Assembly: GCA_038882955.1 (NCBI GenBank) | Contig: JAVZNC010000002.1 | Span: 64,001-128,000, forward strand | Length of the DNA: 64,000 nt | Direction of reading: 5' to 3' | From: Candidatus Bathyarchaeia archaeon | GTDB lineage: Archaea; Thermoproteota; Bathyarchaeia; Bathyarchaeales; Bathycorpusculaceae | Part shown: positions 29,286 to 38,637 of the stretch, one piece after another | Position numbering within the stretch: the stretch's first letter is position 1 | Layout: each line of letters begins with the position of its first letter | Made by a program: the position numbers and the translations under genes | The notes under the pieces: generated by a model | The model's database searches: none | The model's input: the letters and a program-made list of their open reading frames with translations, nothing else | Told to the model about the DNA's origin: nothing

Positions 29286-30133
29286 TTGCGCTTCAAAGCC
29301 TCCCTCAGCATTTTTGCCATCTCTTCAGAAGACAATGGAACAGTGCTGCCAAGCTTTACGCCGTCACTTTTAAGCATGTGGTAAAGCCTTGTCGCCTTTG
29401 GAATCCCTATGCCAATAAGACGCGTTTCTTGTAGGCTCAAAATTTCGCGTGGGTCGCCGTCTAAAACTACTTTTCCATCATCCATCACTATGATGTGGTC
29501 TGCATAAGCCGCCGTCAAATCCAACCTATGTTCAACAAGAATTACTGTTATTCCCAGTTTTCTATTCAAATCATAAATCACTTCAAATATTTTCTTCGCA
29601 CTTAAGGGATCGAGGAATGATGTTGGCTCATCCAAAACCACAACTTCTGGTTGCATAGCCAAGACTGACGCTATGGCAACGCGTTGTTGCTGTCCGCCAG
29701 AAAGCTCATGTGGCGGTCTATCTCTTAAGTCGTATATGCCCGTCAACTCTAAAGCCCAGTCAACCCTTTTGCGCATTTCTTCTCTTGGAACCCCAAGATT
29801 TTCAAGTCCAAAGGCTACGTCTTTCTCCACTGATAAAGCGAAGAGTTGGTTTTCTGGATTCTGAAATACAAGTCCAACATGTTTGGCTAGTTCGTAGGTG
29901 GGGTGTTCTGAAACCTTAAACCCTACCACCGTGATTTCGCCTTCAAGCGTTCCCTGATAAAAGTGTGGGATTAACCCGTTGAAGCATCTGCATAGTGTTG
30001 TTTTTCCGCAGCCACTTGGACCTGTGATTAACACGAATTCGCCTTTTTCTATTTTGATGGAGATGTCCCTAATTGAAGGCTTTGCTGCTCCTGGGTATGA
30101 GTATGTTAGAGCTTTTGTTTCGATTATCGCCAT
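29282..30133 (-). CDS. ecfA1: ECF transporter ATPase A1
   Basis: GPSGCGKT, FQNPENQ, LSGGQ, DEPT. Confidence 0.9.
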   Translation of the reverse strand: MAIIETKALTYSYPGAAKPSIRDISIKIEKGEFVLITGPSGCGKTTLCRCFNGLIPHFYQGTLEGEITVVGFKVSEHPTYELAKHVGLVFQNPENQLFALSVEKDVAFGLENLGVPREEMRKRVDWALELTGIYDLRDRPPHELSGGQQQRVAIASVLAMQPEVVVLDEPTSFLDPLSAKKIFEVIYDLNRKLGITVILVEHRLDLTAAYADHIIVMDDGKVVLDGDPREILSLQETRLIGIGIPKATRLYHMLKSDGVKLGSTVPLSSEEMAKMLREALKRK

Positions 30134-30187
30134 GCTCTTTTTCCCATTCTTATGTAGCAAAATTTCGTCTCATTTAAGAGTAGCTAC

Positions 30188-31183
30188 TTAATTTTGCTTT
30201 GCCAAACGTTCCTTTAAAAGGCGTAAACATTTCTTAAGTCCAGCTTCGATGTCGCCGACACCGTTCACTCCTGCGGCTGTAGCATGGCCCCCACCCATTC
30301 CGTTAAGCTGTTCTCCGAGAGGCTTGGCTATGTCTCTTCCCAAATGGGTATGCGTCTTCTCTACAAATTCGCTGGTGCATCTTAAGCTGATTTCTATATT
30401 TTCATTCTTCTGTCCAGCAACAACCGCAACATGCGCACCCAAATCTATTATGGCTCTTGCCGCGGATGCTTGGTAGGCACTAACATGCGAAAACGCGATA
30501 ATCCATTCCCCAACTTTAAAGAGTTTCGCTCTCCTGCACGCTTTAAGCCTTGCCACGCGCTCCGAAAAGTCCATTGGAAGGGCAAGCATTGAAAGCGCTT
30601 CCCTCGCGTTTACTCCAGCATCAACCAGCTCCGCTACACTTTTTAGTGTTGAAGAGCTTGCCAACACGAAGTGGCGTGTGTCAAAGGCTATTCCAAGAAA
30701 TAGAGCTTTAGCCTCATCCGCATTCACCTTGGCGCCCATCTCTTTGAAAAAGCCATAAACTATCTCGCATGTTGATGACGCCTCCTCATTTGTTATGCAT
30801 GCCTTCGCTATTTTCTGTGTCTCCGGATGGGCCGCGTGGTGATCTATAACGATTATTGGCGCCCTAGAGTTTTTCACTTTTTCAGCCAAATTGTTCAGCT
30901 GTTGAATGGTGTTCGTGTCAAGAAGTATTATGGATTCCGCTCTTTCAATGTTTGGCTGCACACTTACCGTGATCGGCAGGTTTTTCAGAAGATGCTTTGA
31001 AAGCCTGCTTATTCCTTGAGCTGCACCTATTTCGACTTCCAAGTTCGGTTTTAAACGTTTTAGTAAGCTTGAAAAAGCGTAAGCTGAACATATCGCATCT
31101 GGGTCTGCATTATGGTGGCATAGTAAAAGTGCAAACTTCGCATTTGATTCTTCCAATGTTCTTGTTATTTCTGCAAACGACAT
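30188..31183 (-). CDS. DHH/DHHA1 phosphoesterase
   Basis: HNADPD, LLDT, IDHH, GGGH; typical member of the exosome superoperon. Confidence 0.88.
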   Translation of the reverse strand: MSFAEITRTLEESNAKFALLLCHHNADPDAICSAYAFSSLLKRLKPNLEVEIGAAQGISRLSKHLLKNLPITVSVQPNIERAESIILLDTNTIQQLNNLAEKVKNSRAPIIVIDHHAAHPETQKIAKACITNEEASSTCEIVYGFFKEMGAKVNADEAKALFLGIAFDTRHFVLASSSTLKSVAELVDAGVNAREALSMLALPMDFSERVARLKACRRAKLFKVGEWIIAFSHVSAYQASAARAIIDLGAHVAVVAGQKNENIEISLRCTSEFVEKTHTHLGRDIAKPLGEQLNGMGGGHATAAGVNGVGDIEAGLKKCLRLLKERLAKQN

Positions 31184-31467
31184 TTGATTTCCCTCAAATA
31201 TTCCTCTGCAGCCCTAAACGCCTCTTTCACAGCCCCATCCACAAGGCTTTGCGCGTTATAATCCTTCATGATTCTCGTCAATGTAATGTCGACGTCAACG
31301 GTCAACGTCAATGGTTTGTTTCCTTCAGCCTCAGCGCTTACATTTAACATTTTTATTCCTTTCGAGGGAAGCCTCGAAAGCACATACTTCCTAGCAGCTT
31401 CTTCAGCCGTCGAGCATAATTCTTCCATCTGCGCGTCAGTCAACTCTGGAATGCCCGAGTCTTCCAC
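31165..31467 (-). CDS. DUF3194-family protein
   Basis: ~100 aa acidic ORF between pfdB and the DHH gene; AEEAARKY pattern. Confidence 0.7.
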   Translation of the reverse strand: MEDSGIPELTDAQMEELCSTAEEAARKYVLSRLPSKGIKMLNVSAEAEGNKPLTLTVDVDITLTRIMKDYNAQSLVDGAVKEAFRAAEEYLREIKCRLQK

Positions 31468-31482
31468 ATTTTCACCCAGAGT

Positions 31483-31860
31483 TTACGGCGGGGGTGATGA
31501 TGGAGAAACTGGGCTCAAGTCCTGCTGAAGCTTGGCTTGTAAATCCTTTAGTTGACTGCGTAAACGTTCTTCTTGTTTGCCTAAAACCGTAGCACGTGTG
31601 TTGAGCAGCTCCTTCCTTTCGTTTAGGTCTGCTACAACCTTCGCCTTTTCAGCTTTCACCAAAAGTGTGCCGATAGCCCTATAAATTACGACGTCATCCG
31701 CCGTTTTCTGCAGTTCACTTAATGCCTGTTCAATTTCTGTAAGTTCAAGTTCCACTTGCTGTTTTTGCGCCAGAACTGATTGGAGAGTCTGCTGTAGCTG
31801 TTGAAGCCTCAAGAGACGTTCTTGAACATGGGGTGGAAGCTTTGAAATTTCTTCACTCAC
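31483..31860 (-). CDS. pfdB: Prefoldin beta subunit
   Basis: LPP.VQ...QQLQQ coiled coil; YRAIGTLLVK hairpin. Confidence 0.92.
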   Translation of the reverse strand: MSEEISKLPPHVQERLLRLQQLQQTLQSVLAQKQQVELELTEIEQALSELQKTADDVVIYRAIGTLLVKAEKAKVVADLNERKELLNTRATVLGKQEERLRSQLKDLQAKLQQDLSPVSPSSPPP

Positions 31861-31957
31861 GTTTTGCACTTCCATCTGCACAGCAATAAACCAAGCCCCT
31901 AATTAACATTTTCTAAGCCTCAAAAGCGTTTAGGATTCTAACTGAAAATTTATTGTA

Positions 31958-32212
31958 TCATTTTTCTAATTTTAGAGATTCTAAAACGTTAGATATCGAG
32001 TTTATCCATCTCAAATAAGCATTTAATGCCGCCCGTAAAGCCGCGGTATCCCTTGCTTCAATATTCAAAATTAAGCAATCCTCTTTAGCTTCTAAGGTAG
32101 CCCTTGAGCGGGATGTGGGCGGCTTTTGCATTTCTGGCTTTAGGGCTTCAGAAATTGTTTGTAGGAGACTTCTATCCTTAAATCTAATTTTGCATTTGGC
32201 ACGCGAGGTCAT
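31958..32212 (-). CDS. pcc1: KEOPS subunit Pcc1
   Basis: ALKPE...RS...EARDTAALRAALNAYLRW. Confidence 0.9.
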   Translation of the reverse strand: MTSRAKCKIRFKDRSLLQTISEALKPEMQKPPTSRSRATLEAKEDCLILNIEARDTAALRAALNAYLRWINSISNVLESLKLEK

Positions 32213-32240
32213 AATGCAAACCGTTGAGCAGTTAAAGTTG

Positions 32241-32657
32241 TTAACCGAAGACTTTTCGCAGCATGCTTCTAATCATTTCAATATGCGCCTTATCTTCCAA
32301 GATCTCTCTGTCCCTTTCTTCCATGTGAGCTAGGTGCGTTTGTATCTCCCTGTCATATTCGTCAACAAGCATGTTTGTTCGCTCTATAACTTGTTTAACC
32401 CAGTTGAGTTTCTCTTCGAAATCATCAATAGACGTTATCAACCTAAGCCTATCACCTAAAACAAAGAGTTTTCTATCCCAAAGATGTCTACTAGATCTCC
32501 ATTCCCGTTCAAATATGTCTTGCCAAACATGGTCTGGCATGGCATCAAGTGGCAGATCAATCATATAAGCGTCAACAAAGTACCCGTCTCTAGTTATAGT
32601 AATCTTGTCAATTTCCAGCGGTTTTACAAGGTTAACTTTTCTGGCATAATTCACCAT
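32241..32657 (-). CDS. Hypothetical protein
   Basis: 138-aa co-oriented ORF with TATA-like sequence upstream; no family recognised. Confidence 0.65.
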   Translation of the reverse strand: MVNYARKVNLVKPLEIDKITITRDGYFVDAYMIDLPLDAMPDHVWQDIFEREWRSSRHLWDRKLFVLGDRLRLITSIDDFEEKLNWVKQVIERTNMLVDEYDREIQTHLAHMEERDREILEDKAHIEMIRSMLRKVFG

Positions 32658-32735
32658 AACAAGCCCAAATATTTATTATTCTTTATAATACTTAAAAGCT
32701 ATGCCTAAGAACGAATCTAGGAAGCATTTTTGTGT

Positions 32736-33038
32736 TTATTCGCTTTCTTCTTCCGACGCTTCTTGCACTACTTCTTCAACGGGTGCTCCCTTCGCAACAC
32801 GCTTAGCAACCAATCCAAGTTTTGTCGTTGGAGTATAAGCGCCGCCAGCAAAAATAAAGCCACATTTTCGGCATTCCCAAACGCCAACGCTTACTCTTTT
32901 CACGCGTTGAAATCCACATTGTGGACACGCGTGGGGCTTCTTTAGTTCTGTGGCAACTTTGATGTAACGTTTCCTAACTGTTGAGCCGTAACGTGCTCCC
33001 AGTCCGCGTGTCGGTCCAACCTTTTTTGTTCTTACCAT
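32736..33038 (-). CDS. rpl37ae: Ribosomal protein eL43 (L37Ae)
   Basis: GARYG, CPQC...GVWECRKCG..FAGGAY. Confidence 0.95.
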   Translation of the reverse strand: MVRTKKVGPTRGLGARYGSTVRKRYIKVATELKKPHACPQCGFQRVKRVSVGVWECRKCGFIFAGGAYTPTTKLGLVAKRVAKGAPVEEVVQEASEEESE

Positions 33039-33040
33039 AA

Positions 33041-33832
33041 TCACCGCCAACCAAGCTTCTTTCCCATTTCTTCACTTTTCTCTTTTGCTATTTGCGCTGC
33101 CTCCAAGACTTGCTGTGGCGAGAAGTAGCCGCTTCCACCCTTCTGAATTGCGCATATGTTTGCGTCATCATCAATTGCCATTGAAATCCGCGCGTCCATA
33201 ACCTGTTCTTCATCTAATCCTGGGTCAACAACAAGCTTTTCGCCTATCTTCGCGAAGGTGACGGTTATTGGGCGTTTTCTGACTGGCAGTGAAACATAAC
33301 CAGGCTTAATTTTTACTTGTCCTTCCTCAACTTCATAATTTGGCATTTTCGTATTGAGCAGTGCTGCCACTGCGGCTATTGCCGAAGCGTCTATTAGATT
33401 TCCATCGTGGTTTAGCACGTAAACGTCAACGAAAACGACAAAGACGTTTTTTCCTGGTTCTATGCATAGCTTTTCGAGGTCTATGGCTTTTGATTCGCGT
33501 ATTCCCCTGTCAACAATCCTTGCAAGTTCTATGGAGTTTTCGTCTGGTGGTCCAGGCTCGAATGTTGGAGATGCTAGTGGCACTAGCTCCGCGTTTACGG
33601 TTAATACTCCCTCGTTCGGCGTGTCCGAGAATGGTTGTCCAGTTTCAATTTTCACTCCAACCATGACTTCTGTTTTCCCAAGGAGCACTTTTGCTGAGCC
33701 TTCTGCGCGCTCAATTATTCCCTGTTCAATTTTTATTTCACGATAATCCTTTAAGCCTCTGCCGTCTAGGCGTTTTCCTTTTGCTATAAGCTGCGCAATT
33801 TCCCTCTGCTTAACGCGTGTAATCATCGCCAT
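33041..33832 (-). CDS. rrp42: Exosome subunit Rrp42
   Basis: RLDGR, FEPGPPDE, VDRGIRES, DGNLIDA. Confidence 0.95.
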   Translation of the reverse strand: MAMITRVKQREIAQLIAKGKRLDGRGLKDYREIKIEQGIIERAEGSAKVLLGKTEVMVGVKIETGQPFSDTPNEGVLTVNAELVPLASPTFEPGPPDENSIELARIVDRGIRESKAIDLEKLCIEPGKNVFVVFVDVYVLNHDGNLIDASAIAAVAALLNTKMPNYEVEEGQVKIKPGYVSLPVRKRPITVTFAKIGEKLVVDPGLDEEQVMDARISMAIDDDANICAIQKGGSGYFSPQQVLEAAQIAKEKSEEMGKKLGWR

Positions 33833-34566
33833 TACTCTTCAGCCTCCTTAAAGCTTACATACTTGGCTTTTAAGGCTTCCTTCTGCAGTGCATAGATTTT
33901 ATTGCATCCGTCAAGTGCAAGGTTAACGGCTTTCTCAAACTCTTCAAGCGTCAACTGCCCATCCATCTGAAGCAAAGTTATAGCGTTTAGGTTAGGCATC
34001 AAAGCCACGGGCACGTCTGCCCCACCCATCTTGTCTTCAGCATCCATCAGATCCAGAACTATTGTGTCATCAACTTTTCCAGCAGAGCATGCAGCAACTA
34101 AATCCCGCATTGGAATTCCAGCATCAGCCAAAGCCAGCGAAGCTGCTGTTATGCTTGCGCACCGCGTGCTTCCGTCAGCTTGCAAAACTTCTATGAAGAT
34201 GTCTATTCCTGTTCTTGGGTAATATTCGAGGAATATGGATGGTTCGAGTGCTTCTCTAATGACCTTCGAGAGTTCGATTTCTCTTCTTGACGGTGCTGGC
34301 GACTTGCGCTCCTGAACAGAAAATGGTGCCATGTGATAGCGGCACCTTAAAACCATGCGGTCTGGAAGCGCCATGTGCTTTGGATGCAACTCTTTTGGAC
34401 CAAAAACTGCGGCTAGAATCTTATTTTTTCCCTGCTCAATGTACGCCGAACCATCAGCATTTGACAAAATTCCAACATCAATTTTTATTGGTCTTAACTC
34501 GTCTGGTTTCCTGCCATCTGCCCTTAAACCTTTCTTATCAATTAATTTTGCACTTTTCTGGCTCAT
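33832..34566 (-). CDS. rrp41: Exosome subunit Rrp41
   Basis: [28 protein letters not shown]. Confidence 0.95.
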   Translation of the reverse strand: MSQKSAKLIDKKGLRADGRKPDELRPIKIDVGILSNADGSAYIEQGKNKILAAVFGPKELHPKHMALPDRMVLRCRYHMAPFSVQERKSPAPSRREIELSKVIREALEPSIFLEYYPRTGIDIFIEVLQADGSTRCASITAASLALADAGIPMRDLVAACSAGKVDDTIVLDLMDAEDKMGGADVPVALMPNLNAITLLQMDGQLTLEEFEKAVNLALDGCNKIYALQKEALKAKYVSFKEAEE

Positions 34567-34567
34567 T

Positions 34568-35269
34568 CTAATTTACACCTCTTTTTCCTTTCATTTCTTT
34601 AAGCATCTGTGTTATACGGTCTGTTAAACCGCTTGTGTGGGACTCCTCCTCAATCTTGTTTATTGCCATAATTGCCAACTGCTCATCTTCTGGAGTTTTC
34701 CCAGTTATTAGTATAACGCCGTTCAAGCCTAGGATTATTTGACATCCAGTTTCCTGCTTTATCATCGATATCATCGAACCTTTTCTTCCAATAACGCGTG
34801 GAATTTTTGTTGGAGTGATTTTTATTATTTGACCGCGGGTTATTTTTCCAAGTCCCGGCTCTGCCACTGTTAGTTGCGGGTTGTGCGCTCTGTCGTATGC
34901 AGTTATTTTTGCAACTATTAGGTCGCCAATGTCTAGGACTTGGGATAAGTCGTCTTTTGGCGGTCTGAATGGTCTACTTAGGGCGTCAGAAGCCCTTAAA
35001 AGCGCTTCATAGGGAGCGTTTATGTCAACCGTCCAACCGTTAAACCCAATTTCCGTTACTGTTCCTATGACTATGTCTCCAACTTTTGGAATGTAGAACG
35101 CCCTTAATGCGACAACGTTAACTTTCTTGTTCTCGTAATCCACCAACCCTATTCTTGAAGCGTAAATTCTTTTTCCTTCCGCGTAAGTGTTTTCGCCAGC
35201 TATGTAATCGTCTTCCGCAATCAAGTCTCCGGGAACAACAAGCTGTTTTCTTTCAAAAAATGTTGGCAT
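34568..35269 (-). CDS. rrp4: Exosome RNA-binding subunit Rrp4
   Basis: VPGD, S1 domain, KH motif [17 protein letters not shown]. Confidence 0.95.
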   Translation of the reverse strand: MPTFFERKQLVVPGDLIAEDDYIAGENTYAEGKRIYASRIGLVDYENKKVNVVALRAFYIPKVGDIVIGTVTEIGFNGWTVDINAPYEALLRASDALSRPFRPPKDDLSQVLDIGDLIVAKITAYDRAHNPQLTVAEPGLGKITRGQIIKITPTKIPRVIGRKGSMISMIKQETGCQIILGLNGVILITGKTPEDEQLAIMAINKIEEESHTSGLTDRITQMLKEMKGKRGVN

Positions 35270-35302
35270 GCATCACACCTAAATCATAACTTATTCGGGC
35301 TT

Positions 35303-35992
35303 TTAAGAAATTACTTTTGCCTCTCCACTTCCTTTTGTTATTTCACCAAGCCTTTCTAGGAAGGGCGCATATAAGCCTGCTGGCATCTCTATTATGCCGT
35401 ACCATGAGCCGTCCGAGCGCCACTCTTCTCTTTTTATTGTTCCGAACCCTTTTATTGTGCCATATGCCCTTGCAGAATACTGTGCAGGTATGTGTACGCC
35501 CACCGAGATTTGCTCCATCTTTAGTGGCAAAATTGCCCTAAGCTGTTTTATGATTTCTTTTGCTTGTTCTTCCACTGGTTTGAATGGGTCTATTGGATAG
35601 TGTATTTGTTCTAAGGCGTTTTCTATGCGCATGGGCGGATGTGGCAGGTTCGTTTTTGGATCAACGCACTGTCTTGAAATAAAGTCTATGATTTGTTTTC
35701 TTTTGTCCTCAATCATTTTTCTGCGTTGTTCTGTTGTGAGTTGTAGGGTTCCCTTTTTCAGTATTATGTCTGCAATTTTAAGCGGGTCTGTTGTTCCAAA
35801 GGCTTTGCGGAGGTTTTCTTCAGCCACCTTTGTGCCCTTGTTTGCATCTGAAAATATTGTTTCGGTAACAAGCACTTCGCTTAGGGCTGTTATTTTCCCC
35901 ATTCTGTAGTCCAAAGCTTTTTGAGGTTTCACAAGGACTTCAAAGTGTTCATTGTCCTTTGTTATGCGCGCAACAGTGTACTTTTCACTCAT
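35303..35992 (-). CDS. sdo1: Ribosome maturation protein SBDS/Sdo1
   Basis: [28 protein letters not shown]. Confidence 0.95.
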   Translation of the reverse strand: MSEKYTVARITKDNEHFEVLVKPQKALDYRMGKITALSEVLVTETIFSDANKGTKVAEENLRKAFGTTDPLKIADIILKKGTLQLTTEQRRKMIEDKRKQIIDFISRQCVDPKTNLPHPPMRIENALEQIHYPIDPFKPVEEQAKEIIKQLRAILPLKMEQISVGVHIPAQYSARAYGTIKGFGTIKREEWRSDGSWYGIIEMPAGLYAPFLERLGEITKGSGEAKVIS

Positions 35993-35999
35993 CAGCAAT

Positions 36000-36728
36000 T
36001 CACTTGCCTACGCCCAATTCTTTCAAAATACCCTCTATTTTTTCGTCGGTGAGCATTTCCATTTTCTTTGTTTCTGATGGTATTACTGCCATCTTTATTC
36101 TTGGGGGCAATTGTCTTGCTTCTAAGGCTTTTACTAGACATTTTGCCACGAGCTTCACGGTGTCGTCGAGATTCAGGTCTTCTTTATATTCTTCTTTGAG
36201 TATGGCGAAAACAGTTTCCCTTCCAGCGCCTTCCGCCCTGCACTTGTAGCTTCTGTATGTTCCGCTTGGATGCGTTCCAAGAATGCGATTTCCAGTTTTG
36301 TCAACTCCGCCAAATATCATTGATACTCCAAAAGGTCTTACACCTGCGTGTTGCGTGTACAACTGTTTTATGTCGCATATCCTTTTTGTCACAACTTCCA
36401 CGTCTATCGGCTCGTCATATGTCAATCTGTTGCTTTGGGCGTAAATTCGCGCTTGGTCTATTAATACGCGAGCGTCAGAGCTTAAACCAACTATTGCCAC
36501 GCCAATATGCTCATCAATCTTAAAGATTTTCCACGAATTTCCAGTCTCTTCAAGAGGGTCGGCAGTCTCCTCCGCCCCCAAAACAACACCTTCAATGCAT
36601 TTTATCCCCAAAATGGTTGCTCCACGGTTAACAAGCTCCATTGCATACTCAACTTGGAAAAGCCTACCGTCTGGTGAAAAAACCGTTATCGCACGATCAT
36701 AAGCACCTGGCGCCGCAAACACAGACAT
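36000..36728 (-). CDS. psmA: Proteasome alpha subunit
   Basis: [26 protein letters not shown]. Confidence 0.97.
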   Translation of the reverse strand: MSVFAAPGAYDRAITVFSPDGRLFQVEYAMELVNRGATILGIKCIEGVVLGAEETADPLEETGNSWKIFKIDEHIGVAIVGLSSDARVLIDQARIYAQSNRLTYDEPIDVEVVTKRICDIKQLYTQHAGVRPFGVSMIFGGVDKTGNRILGTHPSGTYRSYKCRAEGAGRETVFAILKEEYKEDLNLDDTVKLVAKCLVKALEARQLPPRIKMAVIPSETKKMEMLTDEKIEGILKELGVGK

Positions 36729-36830
36729 ACATATCCTACCTCACACTAACACATTTGCAGACTTTCATACAGTAAATGGATTAATTAATGTTATGCTTAG
36801 CCAGTATATGAGCTTTCCATTCTTGATAAA

Positions 36831-37262
36831 TTAGGTTGCCTTAAGCTTTCGGATTTGCTTACGCTTTCTCTTTGCCTCCAGTTCTTTTTGCATTTTTTCG
36901 CAACGGTTATACCACAACTTCTCATAATCCTTATGAGGAATAACCCTATCTTTAAGGTCGGCTATTGTGTAAATTTCCTCCTTCTCGCACCATTTAAGGC
37001 AGATTTCGTAAGCCTCCCAATCTAGTTCTTCAGTTTCCCAATACGCTGGAACTTGGGAAAAACCATGTAAAAAGGCAGCAAAAGCCCTCGTGTGCCCGTC
37101 TACAAGGATAATCTTATTTTTAAGTCGCTTTATCGGTATTGGCTCCATCGAGGCTGGATTGGTTGCATCAAAAGTTTTCATCACTTCGGATAACTTTTCA
37201 GAACTGATGAACAGTTGGGTTGGTTGTATATGGTCAAGTTTTATCATGAAAGTTTTGGGCAC
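36831..37262 (-). CDS. ParB/sulfiredoxin-like domain protein
   Basis: IQPTQL...PIPI...LVDGHTRA core. Confidence 0.65.
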   Translation of the reverse strand: MPKTFMIKLDHIQPTQLFISSEKLSEVMKTFDATNPASMEPIPIKRLKNKIILVDGHTRAFAAFLHGFSQVPAYWETEELDWEAYEICLKWCEKEEIYTIADLKDRVIPHKDYEKLWYNRCEKMQKELEAKRKRKQIRKLKAT

Positions 37263-37315
37263 CGTTCTGCACCAGTAACTATTAAGAGTTTAATGTTAAA
37301 TATTAAAGCCGTGGT

Positions 37316-38218
37316 GTGCCTATCATGTCAAAAATTGGGCTAGAAGGAATTTTTGTTCCACATGTAACTCCGTTTAAACACGATGGCGAAATGGACACAA
37401 AAGCGTTGAGAAGGCTTGTGCAGTTTTGGATTAGTGGTGGGCTTTCTGGACTTGTAACTTGTGGAAGCAATGGAGAAGCGCCCTACTTGTTGAGAGAGGA
37501 GCGGAGAAAACTGTTTGAAACGGTTGTGGATGAGGCGAATGGCAAAGTGCCAGTTATCGCGGGAACTGGAGCCATAAGCACGAAAGAAACAATCCAGTTG
37601 ACTATGGACGCAAGGGATGTGGGTGTTGACGCTGCGCTTGTTGTAACGCCGTTTTACTTCAAATATTCAAGTGAAGAGTTGTATGCGCATTATAGTGCTG
37701 TGCTTGAGGCTGTTGACTTACCAATAATAGTCTATAATGTTCCAAAGTTCACTGGATTTTCGCTTGAACCAGCACTTGTTGAAAGGCTTTCATCTGAGTA
37801 CAGTCATGTTGTTGGAGTAAAGGATAGCAGCGGAAGCTACAGCCAAATAACCGAACTTGTTAGGCTCGTGGGCAGAAAAATCTCAGTTCTAGCTGGAACA
37901 GCCGATTTAACTCTTCCAACGTTGGCGCTTGGCGGAAAAGGCGCCGTAATAGCTGTTGCAAATGTTGCCCCGAAGCTTTGCAGCGAACTTTACAAAGCTT
38001 TTAAAGACGGAGACTGCACGAAAGCATGGGAACTTCAAAAAACAATTTCACGTATAAACGAAGTTCTTGTGATAAGGCATAACCAGCTTGCAGCAATAAA
38101 GGAAGCATTAAATATTATTGGCTTACCAGCGGGATACCCACGAAGACCAACGTTACCGTTAAATGATAGAGAGAAAGGAGAAATCAGAAAGTTTATGGAA
38201 GAAATTGGCTTTACCTAA
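37316..38218 (+). CDS. DapA/NanA-family class I aldolase (HOGA-like)
   Basis: TPF, GSNGE, YNVP, Schiff-base GVKDSSG. Confidence 0.85.
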   Translation: MPIMSKIGLEGIFVPHVTPFKHDGEMDTKALRRLVQFWISGGLSGLVTCGSNGEAPYLLREERRKLFETVVDEANGKVPVIAGTGAISTKETIQLTMDARDVGVDAALVVTPFYFKYSSEELYAHYSAVLEAVDLPIIVYNVPKFTGFSLEPALVERLSSEYSHVVGVKDSSGSYSQITELVRLVGRKISVLAGTADLTLPTLALGGKGAVIAVANVAPKLCSELYKAFKDGDCTKAWELQKTISRINEVLVIRHNQLAAIKEALNIIGLPAGYPRRPTLPLNDREKGEIRKFMEEIGFT

Positions 38219-38637
38219 ACGGTTTTGAATTTCAGCCTTTTGATGTAATCCAAGACTTTCGACTTTATTAAATCTCTAATCTTTCGCGCCTCATCCAGCG
38301 GCATTTCCCTTGGGTCTGGGACATTCCATTCTTCGACATCCTTAACGTAAACAACTGGACACTCTGCACTTCCACAAACTATCACAGCGGCATCAACTTT
38401 CGTCTGCATCTCAAATGTTAGAGCTTTTGGCTTTTTGTCGCTTATGTCTATTCCTTCTTCGTGCATCAGCAATACTGCGTTTGGATGAACCTTTTCCGCT
38501 GGTCTGCTGCCACCGCTTATGGCTCGCCAACCATCTGGGGCAAACTTGTTGAAGTAGACTTCGGCAATTTGGCTTCTAAAACTGTTTTCAACACAGACAA
38601 ACAGAACTGTTTTTATCAGACGCTTACCTTTCTTCAT
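38215..38637 (-). CDS. arsC: LMW-PTPase-family arsenate reductase
   Basis: P-loop CVENSFRSQ, distal CGSAECP, PDP. Confidence 0.75.
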   Translation of the reverse strand: MKKGKRLIKTVLFVCVENSFRSQIAEVYFNKFAPDGWRAISGGSRPAEKVHPNAVLLMHEEGIDISDKKPKALTFEMQTKVDAAVIVCGSAECPVVYVKDVEEWNVPDPREMPLDEARKIRDLIKSKVLDYIKRLKFKTV

